DNA from: Peptococcaceae bacterium
GTDB lineage: Bacteria; Bacillota; Peptococcia; DRI-13; PHAD01
Reading direction: 5' to 3'
NCBI GenBank assembly: GCA_024655825.1
Contig: JANLFJ010000001.1
Span: forward strand, 111,497 to 175,496
DNA length: 64,000 nt
The notes under the pieces are model-generated. The model saw only the letters and a program-made list of their open reading frames with translations. It did not search any database and was not told the DNA's origin. Both the position numbers and the translations under genes were made by a program. This document shows, in pieces, positions 63,131 through 64,000 of this stretch; the first letter of the stretch is position 1, and every line of letters starts with the position of its first letter.

Positions 63131-64000
63131 TCGAAAATATTGAGAAATGCGAGATGGTATTAGAAAAACCAGGCTATCCATGGCAGGTGGTGCAAGGAGA
63201 CGGCGTTACCTGGTTGTTCTTGCGCCGGAAAAAAAGGATAGAAGAAAAAAGGATCAATGGACTTGACCGGTTTTTGCTTGAACAATTTTCTTGGGATATT
63301 CCCGCAAAGAAAGAAAAAGAAATTATCTACACAGGTAACCTGGCGCTGTCCGTTTATTTTTCGGCGAAGGAGGTTTCAGCAGAAGGGATACCGTTGTTGG
63401 AAGCGGAAGAAGATGAGCACTTGTGCCGCGAACTGTTTGCAGGTTGTAACAAGCTCAGCGGTAAACAAAACCTGCCGCCTTTAGAATTTAAAGATGAGAC
63501 TTCTTTTCCCAGCATACTATTTGATGAAATTGAGGAAGCCTCAAATAATCAGGAAATAAGTTGCGGAACCGGCTGCTGGAAAATAGAACTCCCTTGGAGG
63601 GCGGGACTTGCCGGCGAAGGTGAAGGGACTCCCCCCCGGCTTGTTAAACTGCACCTGGCCCAGGTTGGCTTAAGCACCCTTTTGCTGGAGGCTGCTATCA
63701 AGCTGGAAACCTCGCCTGAACCCGGCAATGATCATCAGCCGGAAAGAAAATACCTGCCGGTGCCAAGAAAAAAAGCGATCTTCCAGTTGAAAGACGAAGA
63801 AATCATGGAGGTACTGGGTATAACGCAGCAAAGGGGTTTCTATTCCACCCTGGTCGATGCCGAAAGTCAAAGTGTAACCATTAAAAACCTTCTTAAAACG
63901 ACGGCGGTGTTCATCACTTCGCGCAAAGGCGGGGAGAGGTTTCTGGCCGCTTCCCATGTCTGTGCCGAAGAAAACAAACTGCCTGGGTTTTCGACACCGG
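63127..64000 (+). CDS. Hypothetical protein, 5' partial view (runs off the window end)
   Basis: My own translation from the ATG at 63127 (ATGA overlap with the cotS-like stop) stays open for 291 codons to position 64000. It is absent from the supplied track, presumably because no stop lies in the window. Confidence 0.6.
   Translation, partial: MIENIEKCEMVLEKPGYPWQVVQGDGVTWLFLRRKKRIEEKRINGLDRFLLEQFSWDIPAKKEKEIIYTGNLALSVYFSAKEVSAEGIPLLEAEEDEHLCRELFAGCNKLSGKQNLPPLEFKDETSFPSILFDEIEEASNNQEISCGTGCWKIELPWRAGLAGEGEGTPPRLVKLHLAQVGLSTLLLEAAIKLETSPEPGNDHQPERKYLPVPRKKAIFQLKDEEIMEVLGITQQRGFYSTLVDAESQSVTIKNLLKTTAVFITSRKGGERFLAASHVCAEENKLPGFSTP

Noticed and set aside
63257-63484. 75-aa plus-strand ORF from the track near the window end.
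   Set aside because: It lies in an alternative frame inside the longer uninterrupted frame-1 ORF that starts at 63127 and is coupled to the upstream gene.

Overview
The gene content suggests a spore-forming Firmicute chromosome, possibly Peptococcaceae/Desulfotomaculum-like; this is inference, since no database search was possible. About 34.5 kb on the right (29.5-64 kb) is GC-rich plus-strand housekeeping DNA in Bacillus-like order: sleB/ypeB, argS, rpoE, pyrG, femAB-like, alr, fba-tal-glpX, rpmE-prfA-prmC-ywlC-mntP-ywlE-rpiB-ywlG-glyA, comEB-like, wecB, a complete F1Fo ATP synthase operon, ywmB-like, murA, divIC, S1-domain and cotS-like genes. The left end holds polX, then a flavin oxidoreductase gene and a TRAP transporter (dctPQM-type) locus of lower GC. 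Between the TRAP locus and sleB lies the stand-out feature: a ~21.7 kb, markedly AT-rich block of eight tightly coupled minus-strand genes (7566-29240) with no integrase, transposase or tRNA. It combines four parts. (i) A DUF4007-like + large P-loop ATPase + PP-loop/PAPS-reductase trio resembling the SspB-SspC-SspD phosphorothioate-writing module, but without a cysteine desulfurase. (ii) A ~1516-aa protein fusing an N-terminal domain with ScoMcrA-SBD-like motifs, a NERD domain, a degenerate kinase, an intact Ser/Thr-type kinase and a C-terminal P-loop module. (iii) A 546-aa protein of unknown function plus a 1738-aa protein with a PD-ExK-like motif and a C-terminal HerA/FtsK-type ATPase; together with the C-terminal P-loop module of (ii), these echo DptF/G/H in order and size. 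(iv) A second, divergent DUF4007-like + BrxC/SspC-like ATPase pair. There is no PglZ, PglX or other methyltransferase, so it does not fit BREX, canonical Dnd or the Ssp layouts I can recall. I propose it as a candidate undescribed composite modification-dependent defence system. All family assignments rest on motifs read by eye and need HMM or structure confirmation. No rRNA, tRNA, CRISPR array or IS element was seen.
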